From the human T2T-CHM13v2.0 reference genome, Homo sapiens: a stretch of 64,000 bases of DNA. Within the stretch, counting starts at the first letter, position 1. Each line of letters begins with the position of its first letter. The stretch lies in the NCBI RefSeq assembly GCF_009914755.1, contig NC_060927.1; one strand, written 5' to 3'. The notes under the pieces were generated by a model that was given only the letters and a program-made list of their open reading frames with translations, searched no databases and was not told the origin of the DNA. Below are positions 44,144 to 59,815 of the stretch, piece after piece. The position numbers and the translations under genes were made by a program.

Positions 44144-44664
44144 AGGATGCCTCTTTCTATAGACCTATTTTCCCCAAATTTGCATGTAAATCACATTTTT
44201 GTAAATGGAATCATATTTTAAGGTCCAGCATAACTCAAAAATTGTGCAGTGAATCATGGAATGATTTTAATTTTAAAGGAGAAAGAAACTTCTGGGCTTT
44301 CTTGCATAAGCGTCTCCATTTATAGATGTGGAAATTGTGGATGTATTAGTGGGAAATGTCTTAGCTAAGGTGCATTTATAGTGAATTTGTTCTGTGATTG
44401 ATATTACTATATATTTTTCTAGTTGCCGATTTTTGTTTTCGATGTTTAATTAAAGGAAGGTAGTAGACCTGTAGAACCAAAAGAAGATTATTTTTTCAGC
44501 TTCCTTACAGTTTGGATATAATTTGTCAATAATTATAAAGTTTGTAGATAATTAAAATAATACTTGTTGAGGTGTTTTTTTCCTTGGTTGCTTGATACAA
44601 TGCGTTTTTTAAAAATAACTAAACCACAAATATAGGAGTAATATAGCTTGCTGTCAATTAAAAT

Positions 44665-45210
<546 letters not shown>

Positions 45211-45298
45211 TCCCATCAAAAAACAAAAAAACAGAAAAACAAAAAAACCCTTCTAGGTTTTAAATATCTTTCTGAGAGAATAAGTTCACAGGCTAAAC

Positions 45299-45505
45299 CA
45301 GTGATTTGCAACTGGGGTTGATGTTGTCCCCCAGGGGACATTTGGCAATGTCTGGAGACTTTTTTTGTTTGTCACATCTCGGGGGAGGTGCTACTGTGGG
45401 TAGAGGCCAGGATGCTACTAAACACCCCACACTACATAGGACAGCCCCCTACAGCAAAGGAGTAACCACCCCAAACATCCATAGTGCTGAGATTGAAAAG
45501 CCCTG
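45299..45505 (+). mobile_element. MER20
   Basis: CCCCAGGGGACATTTGGCAATGTCTGGAGAC...ATAGTGCTGAGATTGAAAAGCCCTG. Confidence 0.9.
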
Positions 45506-46134
45506 GGTTAAATGAACCAGCTTTCTGCAGGTGAAGACTCCCACAGAGATCATAAGCCATGCCCTTTCACTTACTGTGTTGAGTGCTCCTTTATTAGAGT
45601 GTCACAATCATCTCTACCTCTATTAAAAAGCTAGTGTGAGAAGCCTCTTCCCTACTTTTGCATTTACCCTCTGCTGCTTCTTCCTGTGAAATTAAACAAG
45701 TGCTCTCATCTCTCTAAGGCCAATCCTTCCTCTAAGGCTTGGAGACCAGCTAGGATTAAGTTCGGCTGCATGAAACAGAAAAATCTAACGTCCTCTGGCT
45801 TTTTACCACTGGTATTGTATTCCTCACATAAAAGCAATCTGGAGATAGCAGTCCAGGGCTGGTGCCCATGCTCCACGATGCCATCAGAGGCAGGGGCTTC
45901 TTCCATCTTCCCACCCAGCCATTCTTGGAATGTTGGTCCTCACACATAGCTCCTGGTGGGGGCACCATGGCTGCTCCATCACCAGCACGGGGCCTATGTC
46001 TAGTTGGGGAGTCAGGGGAAGGGGAAAGGTTAGAGTGCTTGCAGGTTGAGAATGTCTGCCTCTTCCCAAATAGGTACTTACAAAATTGCACTTTATTTAT
46101 TTCCTATGCTGCATTTATTGCATTTGATAATGGC

Positions 46135-46500
<366 letters not shown>

Positions 46501-46524
46501 CTGACTATTACCATCTTTTAGGGA

Positions 46525-47000
46525 CCTTGTAGCAGCCACTGCTGATGCTCAGCTCAGAAGCCCTCACATTCCTTTACCATTTCCATGCTCTCCTACTTTG
46601 GCTGCATTGTTCTTTTGCTATGTCAGTGGGACCTGCAACAGAACTGCTCTCAGGCTCCCAGAGAGGCCCTGCTCTGCTTGTGCAGAGGGCCAGAAATGCC
46701 GGAGTGCTTTTTTCTGCTTGGGGTAGCCAGTAGCCAAGGACCTGCTAACCCAGCAGAATGAAAGCCCAGCTCCTTTATTCTGACTCAGGAAAAACCCTTA
46801 GATGCAGTTGACTCTCCAGAGCTCCCTGCAGGATCAGGTGGAGTCTGGCCTTTGGTTTGAGATCGCCACTCTGGTGGGCTTCTTCCTCTTGCTTTGCCGT
46901 GTTCCCCTACTCTTACTTTGCCCAGTGTTCCCAGGAGACCCTGCCTTCATAAATCATTTTCACAAAAATCTTTATCTCTGAGTCTGCTTCCGGGGACCAG
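46525..47000 (+). mobile_element. LTR16-like ERVL LTR
   Basis: CTCTCCAGAGCTCCCTGCAGGATCAGG..ATAAATCATTTTCACAAAAATC..CTCTGAGTCTGCTTC. Confidence 0.65.
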
Positions 47001-47190
47001 ACTATGCCTTTTTAATTCACCCAGTGCCTAGCATAGCACCTGACACATAGTGGGAGTTTGAAAACTTCTTCAAGACTGGTTGAAAAATGCATAATATTAA
47101 ACCCAATTAAACAAACAGTCCTGTTGGAAAGACACTTTTGAAGCCAGTCAAATTCAGATGATTCAGTAACAATTAGTAACATAGGTTTGA

Positions 47191-48027
<837 letters not shown>

Positions 48028-48397
48028 TAAGGAGGTTGTGCACACTGGTTCCCCAGAAGCAAAGCATCAGGTAATGTTAACTTCGGTTATTGCAAATGAT
48101 GGCTGGAGGTCTGGGGAGAGGGATTGATCATACTGGGCACCTGCATCTCCTGTGCAAATCTCTCCTGGGGCCTCAATGCTTACGCAGTTTGCTCCATACA
48201 CCCTTGGTTTGAGTGGACCCTCCCCTGGCTCACAGGCTGCCTTTCATTGTTCTGGGTGCTCTCAAGCAGTGATGCCACTGTGGGGCATGGTGCCTGACCC
48301 CTAGAGCAATGCCTCCTCCAGGCCCCAGAGAGCTCTCCCCTGAAAAGTCAAGGCTTGAAAGAAGGAAGCCTGCCATTGGCTGAGAACTGGAATTATT

Positions 48398-48765
48398 ACA
48401 ACCCCCAATGCTGGAGGTGGGACTTGCGGGAGGTGATTGGATCATGAGGGCGGGTTTCTCATGAATGGTTTAGTACCATCCCCCCTTGGTACAGTATAGC
48501 GAGTGAGTTCTCACAAGATCTGGTTGTTTAAAGCTGTGTGGCACCTCCCCCATTTCTCTCTTCCTCCTGGGGTGGCCATGTAACATGTGCCTGCTTCCCC
48601 TTCACATTCTGCCATGATTGTACATTTCCTGAGGCCACCCCAAAAGCAGAAGCCAGTATGCTTCCTGTAAAGCCTGAGGAATCATGAACCAATTAAACCT
48701 CTTTTCTTTATAAATTACCCAGTCTCAGGTATTTCTTTATAGTAGTGCAAGAACAGACTAATACA
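48398..48765 (+). mobile_element. MST (MSTA/MSTB-like) MaLR LTR
   Basis: GGAGGTGATTGGATCATG..CCAATTAAACCTCTTTTCTTTATAAATTACCCAGTCTCAGGTATTTCTTTATAG..ACTAATACA. Confidence 0.9.
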
Positions 48766-49239
48766 CCCATTCTTGACTTTGGAGTTAGATTAGACTTCTG
48801 AAGTTCAAATCTCGACTCTGCTACATTCAAGCTGTGTAACTTTGGGCAATTCACTCAATCCCTCTCAGCCACAGTTTCCTATTTCTCGAATGTAGTTTCC
48901 ATGAGGGACTGGGTCTTGGTCTTTTCCTGCTGTTGCTATATTCCCAGTGACAAGACAGTGCCTGAAGTATGGTAGGGGCTTCATAAGTATTTTCTGAGGA
49001 AATAAATAAGGGTATTTGTGAAGGCTGATGGAAATGATGGGTAGTATCTGGCACAAAGCAATCACTTAATAGTATCTGAGTGACTATCTGGCACAAAGCC
49101 AGATCTGGCACAAAGCAATCACTCAATAAATGCTAGCTATAAATATATAAAATATACATATGAAGATGTAATTTTATTTTATTTCTTATATCTGGTAACA
49201 TAGTTTCTAACCACAATGTAATGTGTTAGAATTCATCCT

Positions 49240-49400
49240 CTCTCATGCCTGTAATCCCAGCACTTTGTGAAGCTGAGGCGGAAGGACTGTTTGAGCCCAG
49301 AAGTCGGAGACTGCAGTAAGCTGTCATCATGCCACAGCACTCTTGCCTGGGCAACAGAGTGAGATCCTTTTTCTAAAAACTAACAAAACAAAACAATTAT
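49240..49400 (+). mobile_element. Alu monomer fragment (FRAM/AluJ-like)
   Basis: Partial Alu. Confidence 0.75.
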
Positions 49401-49609
49401 TTCCAAAAATTTAAAACTTAGAAAAAATTAAAAATTGAGAAGTTTTTTAAAATATGAAAAAAGAGGCATCTCCATATTTTCTGAGAGCAATAGTACATTG
49501 GTGAACACTGATTGCCCCGCATCCATTCACTTGTGTCTTTCTTCCTAACACAACTCCGATTCTGACCAAGTATAGCTTAGAAGAATGTGACCCGAGACTC
49601 TAGAAGTAA

Positions 49610-49906
<297 letters not shown>

Positions 49907-50249
49907 AGGAGTGAATCTTAAGGAGGCTATTGGCATGTGCCATTCCCCCATCACCTGCCTGCATGACTCATTGGTCCTGTGACTAGGACTGGTTCAATCA
50001 AAATGAAGGAAACATTTATATTACACACTTGGAGATGTGGTTTTTCCATTTTTGACCAGGTAGTTGAGAACAAAGAAGTATGTAGCTCCAGTTGCCACTG
50101 ACAACTGTCTTGTTATTATGAGGCACTTGGAAATGAGGCTTACAACATCATGAGAAAGACGGAGAGAGTCAGTTATCTGACGACATCTTTCAGCTACTGA
50201 TGGTGCCACTCCTTCCAGTTAGGTAAGATAATACATTTCCTTACTGTCT

Positions 50250-50557
50250 TATTTTTTATTTATTTATTTTTGAGACAAGGTCTTGCTCTGTTGCCCAGGC
50301 TGGAGTGCAGTCGTGTGATCTGGGCTCACTGCAGCCTTGACCTCCCAGGATCAAGTGATCCTCCCACCTTAGCCTCCTGAGTAGCTGGGACTACAGACGT
50401 GTGCCACCACGTCTGGCTAATTTTTGAAGTGTTTTATAGAGATGGGGTTTCACCATGTTGCCCATGCTGGTCTCAAACTCCTGGCCTCAAGCAACCCTCC
50501 CTCCTCGGCCTCCAAAAGTGCTGGGATTATAGGCATGAGCCACTGAGCCCAGCCATT

Positions 50558-50609
<52 letters not shown>

Positions 50610-50889
50610 GACAGGGTCTCATTTTGTTGCCTAGGCTAGAGTGTAGTGGCAGCAAGAGGGCTCACTGAAGCCTCAACCTCCCAGGCTGAAATAAGCCTCC
50701 TGTCTCAGCCCCTCATGTAGCTGGGACTACAGGCATGCGCCACTACACCTGGCTAATTTTTGTACTTTTTTAACAGATAGGATTTCACTATGTTGCCTAG
50801 GCTGGTCTCCAACTCCTGAATTGAAGCCACCCACCTGCCTCGGTCTCCCAAAGTACTGTGATTATAGGCTTGAGCCACCATGCCCAGCC
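50250..50889 (-). mobile_element. Two AluJ elements separated by (ATT)16 at ~50560-50607
   Basis: Alu consensus and trinucleotide tail. Confidence 0.9.
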
Positions 50890-51269
50890 ACCTTATTTTT
50901 TATGTCATTTAGGATGGGTTTTTCCAAGCCTTACAGCCAGAAATATACTACCTAGTGGGCTGCAAAATTATGTAGGAGATGAAACTAAAAATGTCTTCTT
51001 CGAATAATAATAGTAATGGTAGCCAATGCCTTCTTCAGCACAGTGTCAAAACATATGCCAAGCCCTTCAGCTATATTAGCTATTTACTCTCTCAACAATC
51101 CTATGAGGTGGAGACTATTATTTACTTCATGTTTCACATGAGGAAACCAGGTATATGTCAAGTTACATACATACACACACACTAAACCCAAAACAGGTCA
51201 GTGGAAGAGCTGGGATTTGAACATAAAGGTCTAGTTTTGGAACCAGACTTATACCTACCCATGAAACCT

Positions 51270-51680
51270 AACCATTTCCATCAATAGATGAATGGATAAA
51301 GAAACTGTGGTATGTATACACAATGGAATACTAAGCAGACACAAAAAAGAATGAAGTCATGTCTTCCATAGCAACATGGATGGAACTGGAGACCATCAGC
51401 TTAAGTGAAACCACTCAGAAATAGAGAGATAAATACCACATGTTTTCGCTTATAAGTGGGAACTAAATAATGTGTACACATGGGCACAGAGTACGCAAAG
51501 ACAGACATGGAAGACTTGGAAGGATGGGGTATGGAAAGAAGTGTATGATGAGAAATTTCTTAACGGGCGTAATGTACATAATTTGGGTTGATGGATACCC
51601 TAGAAGCCCTGACTTCACCACTACAAAATCTATACAAGTAACAAAATTATACTTGTACTCCATAAATTTTTACAAACAAA
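51270..51680 (+). mobile_element. L1 3'-end fragment (L1PB/L1MA-like)
   Basis: GATGAATGGATAAAGAAACTGTGG..GCAACATGGATGGAACTGGAG..TTATAAGTGGGAACTAAA. Confidence 0.88.
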
Positions 51681-53990
51681 CAACAAACCCCTACCCATTA
51701 AACTATACTTTAAAGTATTTACTTCTATGAAGATTCATAGTGAGAAAGAAAAAAATGGAATGTAATATGCTTCAGTTTTTTAAAAAGTATACTAAAGCTT
51801 TCATAGACAAAAATTGAACACTTGCAAAATTTTCTTGCTTGTGTACCTTTTCCAGGGAATTTGTCTCCTTTTGAAAACATGTATTCGTTTATCCAATCAA
51901 ATATTTATTGGACACTACGTGTCAGGCATTGAAGCAGGTGCTAGAGTACATAGTGAATAACTTCCTGCCAGGTGGAGAAGACAAACAAGTAAACAAGAGG
52001 GATAAGCCCTTTCCCAGGAAGGCACAGTGTGCCATGGGCATCTAAACATGGTACCTGAACCAGTCTGATGCAACAGTCGTCTAAAAAAATGCTTCCCAGG
52101 TGAGACCTAAGATTTCCCCAGGAAAGCGGTGAGAGGTCATGTCCAAAGGCCTGGAAGAGGAAAGAAAGAATGTGTCACATCTGTGACACTGCAGGCGGTG
52201 GTAGCTAGGAAAGGGTTCAGTACATAGAAAGAGAGATGAAGTCAGTGATGCAGGCAGTGGCCAAGAAGTTCAGCTCTTGTCTAAGGCCAGGTCCTCCAGA
52301 AAGTAGAGCCTGAGTCAAAAACTAAAGTGCTAACAATTCCGGAGGTGCAAGTCCAAGGTTTAAAAGGTAAGTTAAAAAGGGAAGTATCGCAAATAAAGAA
52401 GCCAAGCATGGTGAGGAGACTGTCACACACTGCTGTGGGGCCACCATGTTACAAGGAGCTGAAAAGAGGCATAGCAGGTGGCTTAGCAGGTGAGTCTGCC
52501 TGGGACATGGGACTGCTCTGGAAAGGCTGTGGGAAGAAACCCTGTCTTTTAGTAGGCCATGAAAATAGAAAGAAGGAGGAATTAATCTGCCCAGCTCATT
52601 CTACCTCTTGTTTTCCCTTATTTAGGGAGCATCCATGGGGAGTTAATTTCCCCACACTTCTGGGTTGCAGCATCTGGTGCTTGGAGGCTGCCCAGGAAGC
52701 CAGATGTCATGCTCCATCATGCGACATTTCATCCCATTCTGGAAGTGGAGGGATGACTCAAAGCAGAGGTTGGTGTGTAGACTCAACCGGCCCACGGCTT
52801 CAACTTGGGCCCCAGGCAGCTTGGGATGTTCATCCATGGCCAAGCTGAGCTTCTTCAGAAATGAAGAAATTGAAAGAATCTGCAATGGTACATAGGTTAA
52901 TGTCCGATAGTCTTTTTCCCTGAGAGAAGCTATAAAGAACATCAAGCCTAGGACAGCCCCAATCAGATGAAGAGCTCAGACGGTTCATCCTGGCTGCAGG
53001 GTGGAGATGGATTGAAATTAGCAAATCTGAAAGTGTGTCTGTCACCCTGTGGCCTGGTCTAAGGGAGTAAGAATGAGGACGAAGCCAGGTGGATAGATCT
53101 AAGCAATATTAAGGAAGTCAGTTTCACTGTATTTTGTAATTAAGAAGATGAGAAGCGTGAGGGAGAGGATGGCACCTGCTTTCTGGCTTAGGCAGCTGAG
53201 GAGTAGATGGTGGTGCCACTTTCTGTGATGGGGAATGGTTGAGTGGGGTGCGTGGAGACTAAGTGGGATGCTGAGCTCAGTGTTGAACTAATTGAATGTC
53301 AGAAGCCCAAGGCACATCCAAGGAGAAGTGTCCTAAGGCAGTTGGTGGCACTAGTCTGGAGTTTGGGAGCAATGCCTCAGCTGGAGACAGTTTTTGAGTC
53401 ACTGGAGTATATGTGGGTAATGCAGCAGGCATGAGGGATGCATAAGATGCCTGAAGGCGAATATTTTAAAAAGAAGAGAAAAGGGTAGAGGACCCAGCCC
53501 TCCTGGGCTCCTCAGTGTGAATGCATAATTAGTACACTACCAGATGAAGGGAAGATTCCAGAAGATGCAGAGAAAGCACGGCCAGAGGTGACCCCAGGGC
53601 AGGAGCAATATTTTGGTGAGTGAGCAACAGTGAGAGATGTGCAAAGGAGTCAACTTAGGAAAAGCGTGAGAGATGTTCAATGAACTTAGACATGAGGAGG
53701 TCTTTGGTTTCCTCAGGAAGGGCAGCATCAGTAGCGTGGTGGAATTTGGGGTGAGTGGAAGCAAAATGTAGATAAACCATTAATCTTTTATGTAGGGATT
53801 ACTTATAATTCAAAGCAGTTACTGTAATTCAGAATGATACAAAGGTAAATAAATTATAGAGCAAGTAAGCATTCCAGTAGGTTTTAACCCCTTATCCTGC
53901 TTTACATTTCTGCATAGCGTATTTGACAACTTGAAGTGATTGTATTTGTGCCACTGGTTGCTGTCTGCCTCTCCTATAGAAGGAAGAACC

Positions 53991-54297
<307 letters not shown>

Positions 54298-56366
54298 TCA
54301 CTCCTGCAGCCGCAGTGCTTGGCCCAAAGTGGCCAAAATGTTGGTTGAATAAATGATAGAGAGAATCTGATGAAAATACATAAATTAAAAAAGAAATCAT
54401 AATTTGAGCTATATATGTACAGGCTATTTACAAAATAATTATAGATAAATGTTCAAATGAAAAAGAGGAAGCTGTGAAGATGACTGTAGGACATCTCTTG
54501 TTTTCAGCCTCCCAGATCTTCTGGTAATTTAAGTGGAAATTGATAATACTAAAAGATTGTCATGAATTTCAAAAAGGCTTTTCTAATCTACAACTCCCCT
54601 GTAGACTTTTATAAAGAGATTTCTGTATAAAGATTTTGACTTTTATAAAGAGATTTTTGTTACCAATTAGATGCTAGACTGGAAAGTAATCAACTTAGGG
54701 AAAAATATATAAATATAAATGTGTATGTGTGTATTTTTTTTCATGATTTTAATCAACTAAGAGAAGTAGAGTTTTTACACTAATTTTGAAGGTTGCATAT
54801 TTAGAATCTTGCATTTTATTAAAGGCAATATCATAATACTTAACATCTATGCCAGAGACCTGCTTGGTTATATTATATGAAGAGAGGCATGCTTTTTATG
54901 GAATCATTTCTAAGGAAGTGGACATTGAAATGACAATTCCAAGAAAAATGCTTTCCTTTGTCTAATTTGTTTTTACCCCTTCTTTACAGGTTTTTTATGT
55001 TACCATGCTTTAGCAGAAGTCAATTAATCATATATTTTAAATAAAATGTTTCATAATTTACCAAGACCAATTCTGTCAGTAGCACAGTATGCTAGATGTG
55101 TATTCAATTTAGATGATGGTGAATCCTGATCTCTAAACCCTGTGGTTTCAGTGATAAGGATGGAGTGTGCAAACATGGAACATGGAACATCTTCTTAAAA
55201 AGTTAAGGGACAGTCTTCTTCATGATTTCAGTGGAAGTTAAGATGGAAAGGGTACCACTTAAAGTATCTTAACAGTGGAAGGAGAAAAGCAAAATTCACA
55301 GCATCAGAAACGTTCAGGGAAATTCATTTGTCCTTGAATAAGTTTCACAAATATAGATGTGAAATGGTTAAGAAGCAACATTCCAGTTTTGGGTAAGTTA
55401 GGCTGCAGAAACAAATATAACCCCAAGTCTTAATGGCTTTCAACCACAGAAGTTTATTTTTAGTTCTTATTATATGCCTGAACTGGCTTTAGAATTTCAC
55501 CTCAGTATGACAGAGTAGATTTCTAAGAGCCTGGCCTGTTCGCAGGCAACAGCTCTGAACTCCAAACAAAATACTCTGGAGAGCGAGCAAAACCAGGCAG
55601 ATTTTGGGAGGGAGTCAAAACAGGGAAGAGGGATTATCAGAGGGTGAGTTTCCCATTTTCATGACTTCAGTCTGAGATTGGGCTGCAGACAGCATGGATG
55701 GGCAAAACCCACGAGAACATCTGCTCTTTTTGGCCTGAAGAACCAAAGGTTCTGGGGCAACCGCTGCTGCTGGAAAGTGACGAGAGAATCCCAGAGATGA
55801 GAGCCAGGGCAGAGGAGCCTCAAAAGCCTTCTGTGCATAAATATTGCCCCAATTCCTGACACCTGAATGATCTGCGCATGGGGCAGACTCAAAGCAGCTT
55901 GTAGGTCAGGCTTAGAGAACAGAATTGAGATCTGAGCTGCGGCCCTCCATACACAAGAGAGAACTCCTAGTTTGAGCCTGTCTAAGTTAATTGCCTGCTA
56001 AAACAAAACCATCAACATTCTTTGTAAGAATGTAACAGAATCAAGAGTTTCTACAACATAACCACAAAGAAGGCAGGGGAGGAAAAACAGGAACAAAAGA
56101 TGGCAGGGTGGAGGGGCAGGGACAGAAAACATACCAAATAATATCACTAACTGAAATCATATGGATATTTACCTCAGATATTAATATTGCTTCTATCACA
56201 GCAGAGGGAGAAGAGCAGCAAGGAAAGAGGATGATGGCCCTTAAGGCCTCTGTTGATAAGTAACAGCAATCGTTTTCACTAGCATTTCCTCAAGTCCCAG
56301 GTCTGGGCCTGACTTGCAGTCATGGGGCAGGAAATGATAATCGATTCACAGGGATAATCGATTCAC

Positions 56367-56565
56367 AGTGAAACTGCCATCATCTGGTAGATTGTATCAT
56401 TATTCAAAAATAAATTATTTATTCAAAAATTATTTATTCAAAATTTATTCAAAAATAATTATTCAAAAATTATTTATTTTTGAATAATAATACAATCTAT
56501 GTACAATAAAAAAGAAATAATTTTTGAATAAATAATACAATCTACCAGACGATGGCAGTTTCACT
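56367..56565. repeat. Inverted repeat (~45-bp arms) enclosing tandem TTATTCAAAA(A) units
   Basis: The outer 31 bp of the arms match 30/31. Confidence 0.95.
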
Positions 56566-59025
56566 ATTAGGAAAGAGTAAGTACTTATAGAGTCAATGAC
56601 TTCTGCATAATGAGAAAATTTTTAGAGAGTATTTGCTCTCCTGACAAAATCCAGTGTTATCTATGTAACCACAGCCAGCTCAGCAGCCAATTGCCTGGTT
56701 GATCCATACCCCTTCTCAGAGATTCTGTCTCTTGCTAAGTAAATGGCACAAAACCACTTCTGTGGCCACAGCTAATTAGACCATGGGTTGGATGCCTGAC
56801 CAATGTTGGGCCATTTAGATTTCCAAATCCCATCAACCCGTCAGTGCCTGCACTGAGAGGCCAAGCAAAGCCAGGGTTGAGATGGAAGAGTCTGGCCTTA
56901 TAAAGGTGAAGAGAGAAAGCCAACTGCGGAGAGAACCTCCTGTGTTGTCGAGATAACCCTATAAGCTTTTGTTAATTTAATAGGTGAAATTAATTTCAGA
57001 GGATTTGCAACACTCCAAAGGGCACCATTCACATGGTAGTCTATAAAAATGACACTAGGAATTCACTTAAACTACAGTGTGAATATTGCCTCTGGAGTTG
57101 TGCAATGCTGTGGTGCTGGGTTTCTGTCGCTAGAAAAGAAGTCTTCCCTTCTGCTATTTCAGATAGAGAGCTCATGGAAGACACAGTGAAGAGACAGAAA
57201 CATCATTCTTGGGGTAATAGGCAATGACAGTAGTAATTTTGCTGAGCACATTGAAAGAGAACAAAATTCCAAATTGCTTCTTGGATCTGTGCAACACCAA
57301 ATTTGGAACAGGAATAGCTAGAATTATGGAAATACAATAGACAGAGACAAAACAAATTGTGAACTTTGACTACTCACAGACAGACAGCATTTTTTTTGCA
57401 ACAGGTATAAGCATCCCTTGCTGTAAGAGTTGATTCTGATGCAGTAATATACCATTTATAGTTATTTGATAATGCCTTTCTACTTTTAAACATGAGAGTA
57501 CAATCCAGTACATATTTTATGTATACATGTACTTTTCATTGACTAATTTGTCTACATGTCTTATTCCTGAATGGGAATTCCACATCAAATAGCTTTACTT
57601 CTTTGATTTACCTTCCAAAATTGCACAAACCTTCTATTAGTTTCACTTTGCAAACTAGTCTCCTTATTTAGTGAAATATCTAAATATAAGTTTTACAGCC
57701 TCATATATTTCAGAGTTGTTGCCTTCATCACATAATGTTAAAATATGCCATATGATCCTAATCCATACAATTCAAAACAGTAATACAAAATGTATAGACA
57801 AATGCTCTCCTGCTGTTTTAAACACCATTTAGCAAGTTTTATAGTTGAAGGGTTTGCCGACATAACTATTACTTTCCTATTGTGGTGAGTATATGAATAT
57901 TTCTTATAGAAAGATGCTTCTATAGCCAGGCACAGCACGGACCACTCAAAAGCCAAGGCCAAGCCCTTTGCTTGCTCTTAACCCCTTTGCAGTATTCTTT
58001 TGAAGCATTGTATTTAATAGTACAGCAAACTCTCAATTTCCTAGACTTGCAGACAGAGATAAACAGCAAAGAAAGTTCTCCAGTCATTTTCCAGTCATTG
58101 GTTCTCATATCTATACTCAGAATGTGCATGTGAATTAAATTTTTTTCTACAACATTAAGTGTTCTCTACGCATTTACTATCAAGTAGATACTTTATGTCT
58201 GTGATGACGAAATAAGTTATATTAGATAACAAAAGTATCTTTAGATCATGTCATTGTCACCTAAATTCAGCTTAAGAAAAAAAGACTTCGACAACACTTC
58301 TTAGCCCATCTTTCTTTGTAATATTTTAGCCTGTTGTCTTAGACAGTTGAAAATTACAGTATGATACAACAAAGCAGATGAGTTGATAAATGAACTTGAC
58401 CATTCTTTGCAAAGTTAAAAGCACCATGTCAATTTAAAGTGTTGTTATTGCTGATAATTAAGGAGACAAATATCACCAGTTGAGGCTAAATTCAATCTGT
58501 TACCCAGTGGCACAGATTATAAAAATATTCCTTCAAAGCTCTTTTGAACTCTTAAATTTTAGAAACAGCTTTGCACATAAAAGGAAATTGTGAATGCTGG
58601 CTAATTTTGGTTTGCCCGATGGTTCTCGGACTGGTTTAAATGTCCTTGGCAAACCCTCAGATAAGCTTCATTCAATAGTCACAGTTATTTACTGGAAGAA
58701 GCCTGATTGGATTTGCTAATTCCATAATATGCACAGTGATAGGAAGGAGAGGTCTTGAAAGTCCATTTGTAAACAGCTGTTTCCCTCAACTAACGCAAAA
58801 GAGATTTATTTCCCTCAAAAACCACAATTGGTCAGGATACCTTGGCTAATTTCACTCTAAGATGTTAAAATTGCTCCCTTCTGCCAGGTAGCCCCTGTGG
58901 CAGAGGATTGGGTGGTCTCCATGTTTTTTGCTGTCTACTTAGCTTCTGTCTGCTGTATTGCAAATAGCTTTGCTGAAGCAGTTCAACAGTTCAGCCCAGG
59001 CAAGAATTACAATTAGAAGTGGTCA

Positions 59026-59330
59026 GCTGGGTGTGGTAGCTCATGCCTGTAATCCCAGCACTTTGGAAGGCCGAGGCGGGAGGATTGCTTGAGCCTCGGA
59101 GTTCGAGATCAGCCTGGGCAAAACAGTGAGACATGAGTGTCTACTTAAAAAAACAAACTGCCAGGTGTGGTTCTGTGCTTGTAGTCCTAGCTATGCAGGA
59201 GGCTGATGCCAAGGAGGTTGAGGCTGCAGTGAGCTATGATCATGCCACTGCACTTCAGCCTGGGTGACAGAGCGAGAGACCCTATCTCAAAAAAAAAAAA
59301 ACAAAGAAAGAAAGAAAGAGAAAAAAAAGG
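59026..59330 (+). mobile_element. Alu (AluJ-like)
   Basis: Alu consensus. Confidence 0.9.
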
Positions 59331-59714
59331 GGGGACAAAATTTGTTTGGCAATTAGTATCTCTCAATAGCCTGAAAGTGTTTTTAAAATAGCCACATAAA
59401 TATTTCTACATCACCTGGCATTGTGGGCATACTGAAGACAGATCACTCCATTCAAAACCTTTGAATACTCAAACAATGACAGCATTTACTTGTACTGGAG
59501 AAGTGAGGGAGGCACTTGAGTAATCCTGCCTCTGCTACACACTAGCTGAATGACCTGGGGCAAAGAAGTCACTGGCTTGTTTTAGGCTCAGTTTCTTTTT
59601 TGTAAAATGGTGGTTGGTAATAGGGATTTTCTGAAGAATAAGTAAGATCATATCTGAAGTGTTAAACAGTAAGTAGAAGGGGCTCAATAAATGCTAGCTG
59701 CCATTATCCCACAG

Positions 59715-59772
59715 TGTATTAGTCAGGGTTCTCCAGGGAATTGGAGCCAGCAGGATACGTGTACATAAATAC

Positions 59773-59815
<43 letters not shown>

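Noticed and set aside
52327-52848. 173-aa plus ORF
   Set aside because: Non-ATG start, no recognisable homology, lies in LTR-like decayed sequence.
56400-56531. CRISPR-like or prokaryotic repeat array
   Set aside because: Eukaryotic DNA; units are irregular AT-rich copies without unique spacers.
57000-58990. Long repeat-poor stretch, possible conserved non-coding element or lncRNA exon
   Set aside because: No specific motif cluster or splice structure that I can defend without conservation data.
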